Below, piece after piece: positions 12,807 through 24,392 of a DNA stretch of 64,000 bases. This DNA is from Neoechinorhynchus agilis (Eukaryota; Animalia; Acanthocephala), in the NCBI GenBank assembly GCA_051530055.1, contig CM121341.1, forward strand, positions 2,966,151-3,030,150, read 5' to 3'. The notes under the pieces were generated by a model, which worked only from the letters and a program-made list of their open reading frames with translations, ran no database searches and was not told where the DNA came from. Position 1 is the stretch's first letter; every line of letters begins with the position of its first letter. The position numbers and the translations under genes are program-made.

Positions 12807-12849
12807 CGTTGAATCCAAACATGAACTAGAGATCGATCGAATTGAAGTT

Positions 12850-13842
12850 TTGTGGCATTTGCTGTACGGTTTAGCGCCCGCTTGGTTTCCACCTAAAGAA
12901 AGATTGACCCACGTGGGCCTTGTTGAAGCAAGTGGAGGATGGACACTCTTTTTTACCTTCTTGGTAATTCTTGATAAATAATTATGTATAAGAAAAGTAA
13001 TAATCTAGGATTCATTGGACTCGTTTGGCTTCCTTTATGGATGGTATATGGTTCGCGGTCACCGCAGAATTGTAGAAGGCTCAACAAAGATGAATTGAAT
13101 TATATTGAAAGCAGCGTGGTCAACACAATGCCAGCGTCCAATAGGAACCCCTGGAACGTTATCGCTCAATCCAAAAAGGTGTGGGGATTCTGTGTTACGG
13201 TGATGTTTTACGATTTTTGACTCTATGCCACATTCACGGTCATTCCACAATACCTAAAGGATGATTTCAAGTTCACTTATTCAAAAATTAGTCTATATTC
13301 GGCGCTGTCGCATGTTCTTTGTACATTTCGTTAGTATCCTAAATTGATATATCGCTGTTAAGATGATCAATGGTCGCATCTTTTTCAGAACAAACTGCAA
13401 GAAACTCTTTCAATCAGGAAGTTGGTTAAACAACGTTCATTCATTTTTGGTCTCGCCAGAACGGCGAACCGTGACCGCCGTACTGTTTCTTTTTCTGTGG
13501 GTACTTCGTTTAAATATTTGCCGTGTGTGGCATTCACAGGAGGCTACTTTGTGGCAGCGTCCGATATTGGAGGTATTTTTCCGGTTTAATATACGGCATG
13601 GGAAATACAATGTCGGTCATCGTGGGTTTCATTTCCCCAACACTTCCTTCGGCAATAGTTGGTTCGGAAATACGGAATGTAGCCTCAAAATGGAAGACAG
13701 TGCTAATGGTCTATTCTAAATCGCTGTTCTTATCTTCCGCAATCTACGGTATTTTTGGATCCGGAGAACAGTGCAGTTGGGCAAAAGATCCTGAAAATCG
13801 TCAAGAGAATGATGCCATAGAACATAGAGAACAGGATCTTTG
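12850..13842 (+). pseudogene. 5'-truncated SLC17-family (MFS anion:cation symporter) gene, probably disrupted
   Basis: AWFPPKER, GFIGLVWLPLW, ELNYIESS, PWNVIAQSKKVW, SGLIYGMGNTMSVIVGFISP, YGIFGSGEQCSW; TGA at 13218-13220 in frame with downstream homologous sequence. Confidence 0.8.
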
Positions 13843-14224
13843 AATGTCAAGCGGCTTAAATGGAATAAAAAGTTTAACTTTTGGTTGGATCGAGATTGAG
13901 CTAAGGACTAAATTTAACAAACAAAACGTTTTGTTATAATTTCAAGAAATGATCATAAGGTAACAAAATTGTATGTTTATGCTATTAAAGATGGTCATTG
14001 CACCGGAGGCAAGGTATCAAAAGTGCAAATGAAATGAGGAGAAATGCATCCTTGACACGAATATCACTTACCGAGTCCAATCAACGTCCAAGCCGATTTC
14101 CTCGATGTCTCTTGGAACCAGTTCGAGCCAGTGTCAATTGATCGGCTTAAGCAAGCCTACGCCGACTAAACAGTGTCAGTCCTTTCGAAATAACTATCGA
14201 ATTCATAGATAAATCCGTGAACTG

Positions 14225-14660
14225 TCAATGAGAAATAGCCTGGCTCCCGTCTTGGCAATGCTTTGGAAAAGCAGTGTATCTTCCCACATTTAACGCCGAG
14301 CCAAATTTATCTCGGCTATGTGGATGATGCGCTGTTAACCTACAGAGAATATTGTAAAGATGAATTCTATGGATCCTACTGGTGGGATTAAGGTGAAACA
14401 AGACAAATTATCACATAATCTGCCGTTCCTCAATTCGAGCTTCAAAGTTAATGATCTGACTGATTTCAGTTGGTATCGCAAACCGTCCTTGTAAAATGAT
14501 AGTCATGCACCAAAATTCCCATTATCCTTGATGCTGAGATGCAAAGAACAACACTGGTTTTCTCATCTTTAACGTAGAAACAATTGGCGGTGGAGAGAGA
14601 GTGAAAGCAATTTTCGCTGAGATCTTGCGGATAAAGCGGCAGTGTGATTCAAGAGCGAGG
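14225..14660 (+). mobile_element. Degenerate Penelope-like element RT fragment, same family as 61099-62988
   Basis: NSLAPVLA, YVDD, LPFLN, FSWYRKP match the intact copy (GNSLAPVLA, YVDD, YLPFLN, WYRKP). Confidence 0.8.
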
Positions 14661-14754
14661 AGAAACGGAACAATGATCGTTCACGGAATCTATATGGAGG
14701 AACACGAATTCTCAGGATCCCATATAAAAGTAAAAAGTTCACTAGTGGCACTCG

Positions 14755-14850
14755 GAAACTGCTGCGACATGGCCATACAACGAGGGAATACGGCCAGCGT
14801 CAGAGGCACGGCTCCCTCGTGTGGAGTCGAAAAATGCAAAAAGTGTTAAA
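14755..14850 (+). mobile_element. CRE-like element 3' tip
   Basis: MAIQRGNTASVRGT matches the C-terminal ISLAVQRGNAAS motif of the other copies. Confidence 0.6.
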
Positions 14851-14964
14851 CAAAACTTAAAAATAAAAAAGCATAGATTTAATTATGGGAAATGGATGTT
14901 AAATTTCTTGGATTTAACATTTTGGGCACATTTGAGGTAACTTTAACCTTGAACGTGAATTAAC

Positions 14965-16045
14965 TCCTCGGAAGCAGGTTGGCCTCGAGTCAACTGACGC
15001 TTCTGACACTGTTTCGGCGGTGACAGTTACAACGAGTGTGGGACAGCAGGTCCAAGGTGCTACGTCCAGAGTAGGCCCACCCCCCGAGGCGCCAATTCCG
15101 GGGGCACACGAGGAAGCTGGGAGTTCGGAGAGGCAGCCCGGGCAATCCTAAAGAAGACTTTTGTTTCGATACCGAGAGATGTTAAAATGAAGACAGCTGG
15201 TGATTTCTGGTCTGAGGGGGCACTGCGTGGCGTCACCGGTGCGAGCAAAGCTGTCAAGGAGTTCGATCTTAACGTGAGAGAGCTGAGCGGGACGGACAGG
15301 CCTGGTAAGAAGGTGCTGGTTGAATTCCTAGGCGACGATGCGCTGCACCGTGCCTTGCAAGAAGAACCAACCGATCGCTGTTATTATTTTGTCAAACCGG
15401 AGCGGGTCTCAAATTGAGAACACTCCTGGCCTCTTATGACGAGGAGGCGTTCATATCTGGGTATGCCAATCAAGCAGTTGAGAACTACATGAAAGCCGAG
15501 CCGGGAGTGATGGTACGCCAGACCCCCGCGGACGTCGTTGAGTGGATGGGGGTCTCGGCCGGAGGACTGGGATTAAAGGAGAGTTCGTGCAGCATTTGCA
15601 GAAGCAGACAGTGGGGGCTTCTCTACGCGTGTGGCAACAGAAGGAAGGGCGAAGATGGTGTGTGGAGTTCTGTCTATATAAAGAGAATGAGCCGTTTGAG
15701 CGTTTAGACGATCCAGCGCGGAAGCGGTCTTGGGAGAAAGCTGGGCCAGACGTGGTACCCCTAGAAATGTTTCGTTGGGGAATGCCAAAGAAGTCAGAAA
15801 TGCTGACGGAGGAAGCGGTCTGCGGCAAGATGGGAATTCCGTTTTTCCAAGCGCGAAAGCTGGGAGGACCAGCAAATCTCGGCGGGAAGGTAGACCCAGA
15901 ACAGTGGAGCAGATAAAGAGACACGAGTGCAGCCTTCTACCCGCTATCTGCGGCATGTTTCAGGGGTTTCAAGTTCCCGCAAATAAGGGACCAGTTTCAA
16001 TTGGTCTGTATAATAAAGACGAACGCTGCAAAGTTTGTTGATACC
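14965..16045 (+). pseudogene. Frameshifted GC/purine-rich coding block, candidate endogenous viral element (orthomyxovirus PA-like by eye)
   Basis: Overlapping ORFs 15187-15417, 15414-15707 and 15542-15916 chain into one broken frame; motifs IKGEF, QKEGRR, EFCLYK, PDVV, IKTN. Confidence 0.4.
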
Positions 16046-17100
16046 ATGGGGGATATTGCAAAATACTGCTGTTGCATTAGAAAGCCTTCAAGGGAATTCA
16101 GTTACGTTTGAATGTCTCGCCTTGATCAGTATCTTAGCGATGAGCAACGATTATTTTCCGGTCTTCGAGGTGCGGGATTTATAAATCGCCAGCAGTTGAA
16201 TCAACTTGGATCGGCGAATGCTGAAGTTTGGCTATCAACATTTGATCCAAGTTTTAATGTGTAACTTAAGGTTGATTTAGGATTAAAATTTGGAGCAACT
16301 AGGCGCTGCGATAGTGACCGAAATTACAGTTGAGATTCATTACAACAAGAAAAAGTCTGCTATTATAAGCCAAAGTCCAAATGGTCCACGATTGCAATGT
16401 CAAAAGGACTTCTCGTTCATAAAGTATCGTAATTCTGAAAAATTATAAAATTAAAAATATCAAGCGTTAATATCCGCTCAGTTAAGGAGAATCATCAAAA
16501 CGTCAATGAAAATCCAATTGAACTTTTATGAATTTACTTACATCTTTAGCTTGAGAAATCGATTCGCCCGAGCTCGTTTGAAATCATTCAAAAGAAGAGC
16601 ACGAAGACGCATCTCCAAAATTCCGAAACAACGTGCGCCGTCGATTCGACGCTGAAAGCGAAAAACCATGAAAAAACGAAAGAAACGCGCTCATAATTTT
16701 TTTAACGTCGATCGTCATTTTTTGGTGCAAACTTGACAGATTTTGACTCTTCAACTTCGTTGCATAAATCACAAAAAGTTTACGCCTCGATGTAGTCCAA
16801 TTAATCTTCGGGAGCGCTCCTTGCAACTTTGATGGACGCCAGAGTACATTGTCAGGTTGCTGGTACTTTTGTAGGTTCAGAGTTGTCTGAGCCATCGTTG
16901 CAGCATTAAGAAAGTTCCCTTGGCATCCTCATGATGCCTGTAATAACGGAGGGATTGCCGCCAGCGGTTTTCCCTCGGCATTCAGTATCCTCTACTCTAA
17001 TGAACCCACTACTTAAATGCGATGTTTCAGCTGAGCTCTAATCGCGGTTTGGGTCGCTTATGGTCCTCTACCTTTTTATACGATTTCTGCTTTTACTTCA

Positions 17101-17690
17101 CGCTGCCGTTACGGAGTGACCGTGGAACCATCGGAACGCCATGGTCTCGTCTGTCGGCAATCAGGCGAAAGGTGCTCACAATAAGCCGAAGTGAACGCTA
17201 TTCTTAGCCGTGCCCTGAATACTGTGAATGCGGTCTGAGCAATTTTTGCCGACTCGATGGCCACCGTAGCCCGGACGGTGTTACAGTATTCCCGTGGCGA
17301 GGGGAAGCAAATGCCTTCTCTGGGACACGATTCGCAACCAGCAGCATAAAATTCGCCACCATTAAACCGGAGGAGGAGCAGCAACCGCCGCTGAGGACCG
17401 CAAAAAGATTAATACATTGACCTGAGTCGGAACCATTAATTCGTTCCCTTTGGCGTCGAGACGCTCGGGTCGTTCTGTACTACGACGCAGGATCTGGCCA
17501 AGCAATCGTCTAAGAGATTGAGAAGAATCACTGGTGATCAGAGATCAGGAACATTCCTCCTGCAAAATATTAGCCTGGCTGTGCAACAAGGGAACGTTGC
17601 ATCCGTCCTTTCGACCTTTACACCAGGACGGCAACTGAGTGATCGAGAGCGGTGGTGTGAATGATCTAACGTGTTATATAAGTAAAAAAA
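17101..17690 (+). mobile_element. CRE-like element 3' end with zinc knuckle and REL endonuclease
   Basis: CPYGVTVEPSERHGLVCRQS-type knuckle, RPDGVTVFPW, QNISLAVQQGNVAS; 17101-17604 is a near-identical inverted copy of 25936-26440. Confidence 0.82.
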
Positions 17691-18639
17691 TGGCGTCCGC
17701 AGTCAGCAACAAAAAAAATCGCCAAAATCGCCTGTTGGGTTCAAAATCATCGATTTATCTTGATGCGTTTACGCTCTATAGAAATCTTTTATGTAGCCAA
17801 GATTAAATAAGAATCCGATTGGACACAAGACGACGAAAATTATTACAATAAAACACAATGCCATTCATCTTAAATTTATGTGTTAATATATTCTTCGAAT
17901 TAGTAGCTTTCAAAATTGTCTATTAATTTGCCAAATGATGATAAATATACAATGAGCATACTGCTATTTGAATAAAGCAAAACTCAAATACTTTACCTGA
18001 TCTAAAAGCAAGCGCATCAGCGGAATTCAGAGCTACGGTTAAATATTTAGATCCTTTATGAGTATTTAAAATTTTAGGTTTACTTTAAAATTTTACTGAG
18101 TCGCAGAAAATTTTCCATTAACTTCTGCGTATACCAATACGCTTAGGTTTTAATTTTTGATGAGCGAATAAAAAATTGGGACTAAATGACTCCTTACTGT
18201 TTTGCTGGTTTCATGATTCGCTCTACAAGACAAATATTGATCCCGCTATAAAGTTACTTAAAACAACAGATTAAATAATAGATAAAGGCTTATGTTGAAA
18301 GATTAATGAATGAAAGTGATTCTTAAAGACGTCGTACAACCACGGATTATCTCAGATAATTTGAGGAATCCATGTAGTGAAATCGAAGAAGACAATGTAA
18401 GTGTTAAAGACCTCGGACAACCACGGATTATCTCAGATAACTGCAAAATTTGTACATCCTTTTGTTGTTTAAAGAACACATTGAGTTTAGGATCAAATAA
18501 CATTCATAGTAAATAAATTGGAATGAGTCGTCGGTGCATGATAATCGAAGGTTTTTGTGCGAACATCGACCACCCTTCCACATTCAGAAACGAGAAACGG
18601 AAAGACGATTAATGACTATTAAACTTCCCGTCATACATT

Positions 18640-19578
18640 TTAGGCGGGTGGTAGCTGGTACCATTGTACGGGGAACGTTTTGTTTGCAGGATACATTTCT
18701 CGACCTCGTGGTAATAACAGTCGATAAAGCTGCAGTATAGTGCTATCGGCTACTCCAGTGACATCACTGACGTCTTTTACAGTACGTCTAAGACCACAAG
18801 CACAAGCGGCCATATAAATACAAGCGCCTGCAATGGTGGGCGGAGCCCTTCCGGAAACAAGATCGAGCTCAACAGCCTTTTGAGAGAAATGTGCAGCCAA
18901 CGATTGGGCTTCTACGTTCATATGAAGCCGGGAACAAAACCTAGCCATATAATCCTCAGTCTTAACAACTCCAACACTTTCCTCGAGTGAATGTAAAATT
19001 TGTTTAAAGCAGCGACCTATATCGCGTTTACTGGCACTACTAACCCCACAAATTTCCTTTAAAGTCCGAGCAGCACTTGCCTGTCTACATGCAATGTATA
19101 AGCATGCAGCAACAATTGCGTCTTGTGGCCGACCTCGTAACGTTTTTTCATCTTTGATTCGCTTTAGAAGACCTTCAGCATTTTCAACAATAATCTGTGG
19201 AAGATTAAGCAATTCAGCGAGATTTTTCACTTCTCGGTAGCGAACCAATAAAGTCCTCATACTCGAATCTAAGTGTCTATGTCTGCGGTATTTCTGACGC
19301 CCATATCGATCAACAGCTCCTGAGTGACCGGAATATCCAATAGATGTAGTCATGTTGTAATCAAGGTCATAAAGATCATTACGGGCATCTCCCACCCTCG
19401 ACATGTCTCGAGCGTCCGCATCGCTTGAAAACGTTCGCCATTCAGCAGACACGTCTATAACTCTTTCGCCAGCAACGGTGCCACATAAAGGACATATTAG
19501 ATCACCGGCGTGATAGTCCTCAATCAATTCAGCATCAGGATGATCGTTGCAAAAATAAGCCTTGTCGCATTTAGTCAT
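18640..19578 (-). CDS. TFIIB: General transcription factor TFIIB, 312 aa, intronless
   Basis: Zn ribbon CNDHPDAELIEDYHAGDLICPLCG; B-reader ERVIDVSAEWRTFS; cyclin folds LRGRPQDAIVAACLYIACRQ and GRAPPTIAGACIYMA; first ATG at 19578. Confidence 0.96.
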   Translation of the reverse strand: MTKCDKAYFCNDHPDAELIEDYHAGDLICPLCGTVAGERVIDVSAEWRTFSSDADARDMSRVGDARNDLYDLDYNMTTSIGYSGHSGAVDRYGRQKYRRHRHLDSSMRTLLVRYREVKNLAELLNLPQIIVENAEGLLKRIKDEKTLRGRPQDAIVAACLYIACRQASAARTLKEICGVSSASKRDIGRCFKQILHSLEESVGVVKTEDYMARFCSRLHMNVEAQSLAAHFSQKAVELDLVSGRAPPTIAGACIYMAACACGLRRTVKDVSDVTGVADSTILQLYRLLLPRGREMYPANKTFPVQWYQLPPA

Positions 19579-19689
19579 CTGGAGAAATCCGAAAATCTCA
19601 ACAAAAAACAAACATTTGTCGCTTTCACACTTTTGTGTAACTAAAAATTCTTATATTTGTGCCCGAAATTTAACAAAACAACCAAGTTA

Positions 19690-19990
19690 AAACATTGAAA
19701 GTGAAAGCTCAATATTTAAAAGACGGCATAAATTAAGCGTGTAACTCAGGAGGCGACAAATAAAATTTAAATTCAACAAAGCTTAAAAGAAACTTTAAAA
19801 CAGATCAAATGGTGTTCTTCAAATGAAGTGAAATTTTATCAATAAATTCAATAATGGAACATTGAAAGCTCAATATTTAAAAGACGGCATAAATTAAGCG
19901 TGTAACTCAGGAGGCTACTAATAAAATTAAAATTCAACAAAGTTTAAAAGAAACTTTCGAACAAATCAAATGGTGTTCCTCCAATAAAGC
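19690..19990. repeat. ~167-bp tandem duplication upstream of TFIIB
   Basis: ctcaatatttaaaagacggcataaattaagcgtgtaactcaggaggc occurs twice. Confidence 0.85.
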
Positions 19991-21845
19991 TAGAGAAAAG
20001 TTGGAAAACGGCAGAAAGATTTGTGAGCACGAAACAATAAGATAAGAATTTTTATAAGTGACTCAGCCGGTAGTCTTTTGATAGATATTTTTATTTTTTT
20101 CCACACACGGCCGAATGGAAAAAAATACCTATCAATAAGATAAGAAATTGTGCAGGTATTTTTGGTTTTTCAGAATGAATTATCGAAAAAGTGTTTTAAT
20201 ACGGAATTATTTCGAAAGTTAAAACAGACAAATTACAAGAAGCAGAATAACAAACGAATACTATGAGTCGGATACGTGAAAACTGCAGGCTCCACAACAA
20301 AACCTCATTATACAATACGCAGTGACACATGAAAACAAACGCAACGCATCACAACGTATACGAAACAGAACAATACAAGAACGAGCAGCTCGTTTTTGTA
20401 AGGGGGGTGCCAATTGCCGATTCTTCCAGACCTTGTTTTTCTCATACGAGTGATTATCAAGTCATGAAATTTCATTAGGCAGCTTGGAAACACTATAAAA
20501 CATGACACGTCATAAACATTGCAAGTCTAAATGACGATTCTTCCGTATCACGTTTTATTCTTTCACAAGGAATACGTCACAAATTTTACTTCTCGCTTAA
20601 GCGAGAGCAAGTTCACAAAATTCAGAATCTAAGAAGAATTTAAAATAACTTGCAGCATTAGGTACTCTGGTGGAAAAACTAAAAAAAATAGGACACCTAC
20701 AAAGATCCAAAAAGATTTAGACTTTCTGAAAGATTCATTAGATCGAAACGAACGCTAATACCAATCAAATTTAATTCTAGACTTGGTTATGAGCGTAGCT
20801 TAAGAGATGGATGTGTTATTCTAGAGCCGTGATCTCGGTTTCTTTTATACCCCCGATTGTTTTCGAAAATACCGGGGATCGGGAAAACATTTTGGGGCAA
20901 CTTGAGAATCTATGTACGACAGTTGCCCAATGTTTTATATTTATTTTCATTGAAAATGCTATTCACAGATAAGCGAGAGATATTCGGGATTGCTTTTGAC
21001 TTCTTAATTTTAAAGATCCGTTAAAATGACTGAAATCAATGGAGATCACACAAAAAACACCCCAATTGGATATTTTCGACATTACGCCTAATGTTTAATT
21101 GCAACAAAAATTCAGTTTTAAAAATTCGTGAGCTTAGTTCGCGGCCCGAGACCCTCAAAGGCATTTCCATATTTATAAAATTTACACTATTTTCAATTGT
21201 TTTATTTCCATCGTTTAAGGTTTTCCAAAACCACCAGGAGAAAATCTTACCTATCTGATCGCATTATTTCGAATGGTTTTCGTGTAGCGTTTAAAACGGA
21301 CAAATCCGATTTATTATCGTTGAAATTTGCGTTCAAGAATGAACATTTGCGAAGTCAAAATATTGATGCTCAGAAAGTGACCGAAAAATAAGTTAACCAA
21401 ATCCAAAATTATACAGTACGGGATATTGATTTACTAATGACCCCCCCCTAATATTTCGTCCGACTTCTTCAGGTTGTTTCCGAGTGTTTTATCCGCGTTT
21501 TATTCGCCGCGAATTGAAGAAGTCCGATGAAATATTGGCAATTCATAGAATCAATTTCTATTTGTATAATCACCAAAAGACACATATGATTTTTAAAGCA
21601 TTTTTATCATTTTAACCCCTCGAGGTGCCCTCGGAACACGAGCCGTGATTTCGGTTTCTTTTATACCTTCGATTGTTTTCGAGAAAAAACATTTTGGAGC
21701 AGGGCTTTAAAATTAACTTATTGGAAAGTATAGAACTGAAATATTCTTTTAGTCGTAAAAAGCAATGATACAACCAATAACAATATTTTAAATATTATTG
21801 TTAGATGCAAAAAAAGTATAAAACGTTTAATTCCACTAAAACAGA

Positions 21846-22863
21846 TTATTGGGGTCTTCTTAGCTTCTTACTTAATGACGGTTCCTTGTAGTTCTTCACG
21901 TCTAAACTTGCTTTTCGCGTCGGACGCTGTAACCTAAATAGAAAAAAAGATATGAAATCGACTTTCCGGATCAATGGATACTCACGATCCTACGGTACGG
22001 CGTCTGTCATTGTTGTTGTTGTTGTCATCGTCAATATAACGACGAGTTTCGGAAACCGACCGAACTTCATTTAGGGTCCGTCGTTTTCGCTCCATAGGAA
22101 GTTCGTCTTTTTTTATGTTTTTTGTCTGCATTGTACGAAATTGTTCATCCGATTGAGTAGTTCGGCTATCCGAATCGTACAAATCGTGTTCTGTGATTTG
22201 TTTTAGTGTTTTCGGTGAATTGGAAGCTTTCACGTTTTTTCGCCTATTTGGACGAGTCCGTACGTTGGCCGTTGTTCGAATTACAGTGGGAGTGATGGGT
22301 AATTTTGAAGGAATATCACATTTCTCCGATACATGAGCGTTAGTTTCCGTTTTAATATCTTTTTGTTTGGAATCTGCTTTTGTATCCACCCGAACTGCCC
22401 TATGAAGAGCATTTAAAATGTTCTCTTTAACCATTACTTCCATTTGATCATTAAATTCGGTATTAACGCAATTCTCGTTGTTTAAAGGAGGTTCCATTGA
22501 CATGGAATGTGAAGAACTCGGCGACAATCGGGTCGTCGTCGTCACCAGCGGTTCAGACAGCTCTAAACCATTAGACGGTGGACAACTTCTGCTTGTATGT
22601 TGCTGAGTAGATAATACTTGATTCGAACATTTCCTCATCCTCCTCCGCCTAATCAACGTACGATTCCAACCGAGCAAATCGTCCAATTCCTTGCTGAATC
22701 CCTTCTCATAATAAGACTTTATCGTGTCTGAAACCACGGCTCTTATTTCACTGATTTGTCGATTGACAGAATTGGTGAATTGATCAATAATCTCATCGGC
22801 ACATTCTCGAAACGCAGCATCAATGCGATCCATAATCGCTTTATGCAATCTTTCCGAATTCAT
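21846..22863 (-). CDS. sgo: Shugoshin-like protein; exons 22863-21986 and 21933-21846, 52-nt GT-AG intron
   Basis: Splicing at gtgagt(21985)...tttag(21934) adds RPTRKASLDVKNYKEPSLSKKLRRPQ*, the basic SGO motif; helical N-terminus and low-complexity middle. Confidence 0.85.
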
Positions 22864-23214
22864 CCGATCTAAAACGCATACAGTAAACTTCTTTTTTTAC
22901 CCAAAAACAAAATTGTGCATCTTTCTGCAAATTCCATATTTATGACGCAACCGTACATTCGGTTCTTTCTGACATCCGGAAATATCGATGATTTTATTGA
23001 AAATTAGAAATCAATAACGACAATTCACAATTTCTTTGATCAATTTGAACCTTTTTTCCGTCAATTTTTAGCGATTTTACGCCAATTGTGCCGAAAGTTT
23101 ACAAAATTCAATTTTGGTCGCCTTTTTTAAAACAACAAAAATAATCAAAAGGTTTAGATTTTCTTGTTTTTTAGTTTAGAGAAAGACGATCCCAAATATG
23201 TTTCAAAATTCACT

Positions 23215-24392
23215 TATGGAAAATTTTAGGAATTTTATTAAAACTAAAATGTTTAGGCAATGGGGAGCACAATCTTTTACGTCGAAATTTCGAATTTAAG
23301 ATTTTCAAAACGTATTTCGCCTGTGCTATATTTCTTGATTTTCAAGAAATGAGACCATCTTTTCCTTTCACATTTTAATAATCATGACACCGATAAAAAA
23401 ATTCGTTTGGGAAATACAGCTCGAATCGTGTTTTTACTTTTACAAAATGCTTTTTTATGACGGAAAATTTTAGGAATTTTATTAAAACTAAAATGTTTCG
23501 GTAGGGGAGCACAATCTTTTACGTCGAAATTTCGAATTTAAGATTTTCAAACCGTATTTCGCCTGTGCTATATTTCTTGATTTTCAAGAAATGAGACCAT
23601 CTTTTCCTTTCACATTTTAATCATCATGACACCGATAAAAAAATTCGTTTGGGAAATACAGCTCGAATCGTGTTTTTACTTTTACAAAATGCTTTTTTAT
23701 GACGGAAAATTTTAGGAATTTTATTAAAACTATAATGTTTCGGTAGGGGAGCACAATCTTTTACGTCGAAATTTCGAATTTAAGATTTTCAAAACGTATT
23801 TCGCCTGTGCTATATTTCTTGATTTTCAAGAAATGAGACCATCTTTTCCTTTCACATTTTAATAATCATGACACCGATAAAAAAATTCGTTTGGGAAATA
23901 CAGCTCGAATCGTGTTTTTACTTTTACAAAATGCTTTTTTATGACGGAAAATTTTAGGAATTTTATTAAAACTATAATGTTTCGGTAGGGGAGCACAATC
24001 TTTTACGTCGAAATTTCGAATTTAAGATTTTCAAAACGTATTTCGCCTGTGCTATATTTCTTGATTTTCAAGAAATGAGACCATCTTTTCCTTTCACATT
24101 TTAATAATCATGACACCGATAAAAAAATTCGTTTGGGAAATACAGCTCGAATCGTGTTTTTACTTTTACAAAATGCTTTTTTATGACGGAAAATTTTAGG
24201 AATTTTATTAAAACTATAATGTTTCGGTAGGGGAGCACAATCTTTTACGTCGAAATTTCGAATTTAAGATTTTCAAAACGTATTTCGCCTGTGCTATATT
24301 TCTTGATTTTCAAGAAATGAGACCATCTTTTCCTTTCACATTTTAATAATCATGACACCGATAAAAAAATTCGTTTGGGAAATACAGCTCGA
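23215..24392. repeat. 242-bp tandem repeat, ~5 copies, upstream of the shugoshin-like gene
   Basis: ggaaaattttaggaattttattaaaact at 23462, 23704, 23946, 24188. Confidence 0.96.

Noticed and set aside
21450-21536. 22-bp imperfect inverted repeat, possible pre-miRNA or MITE
   Set aside because: Long unpaired loop, single copy in the window, no supporting evidence
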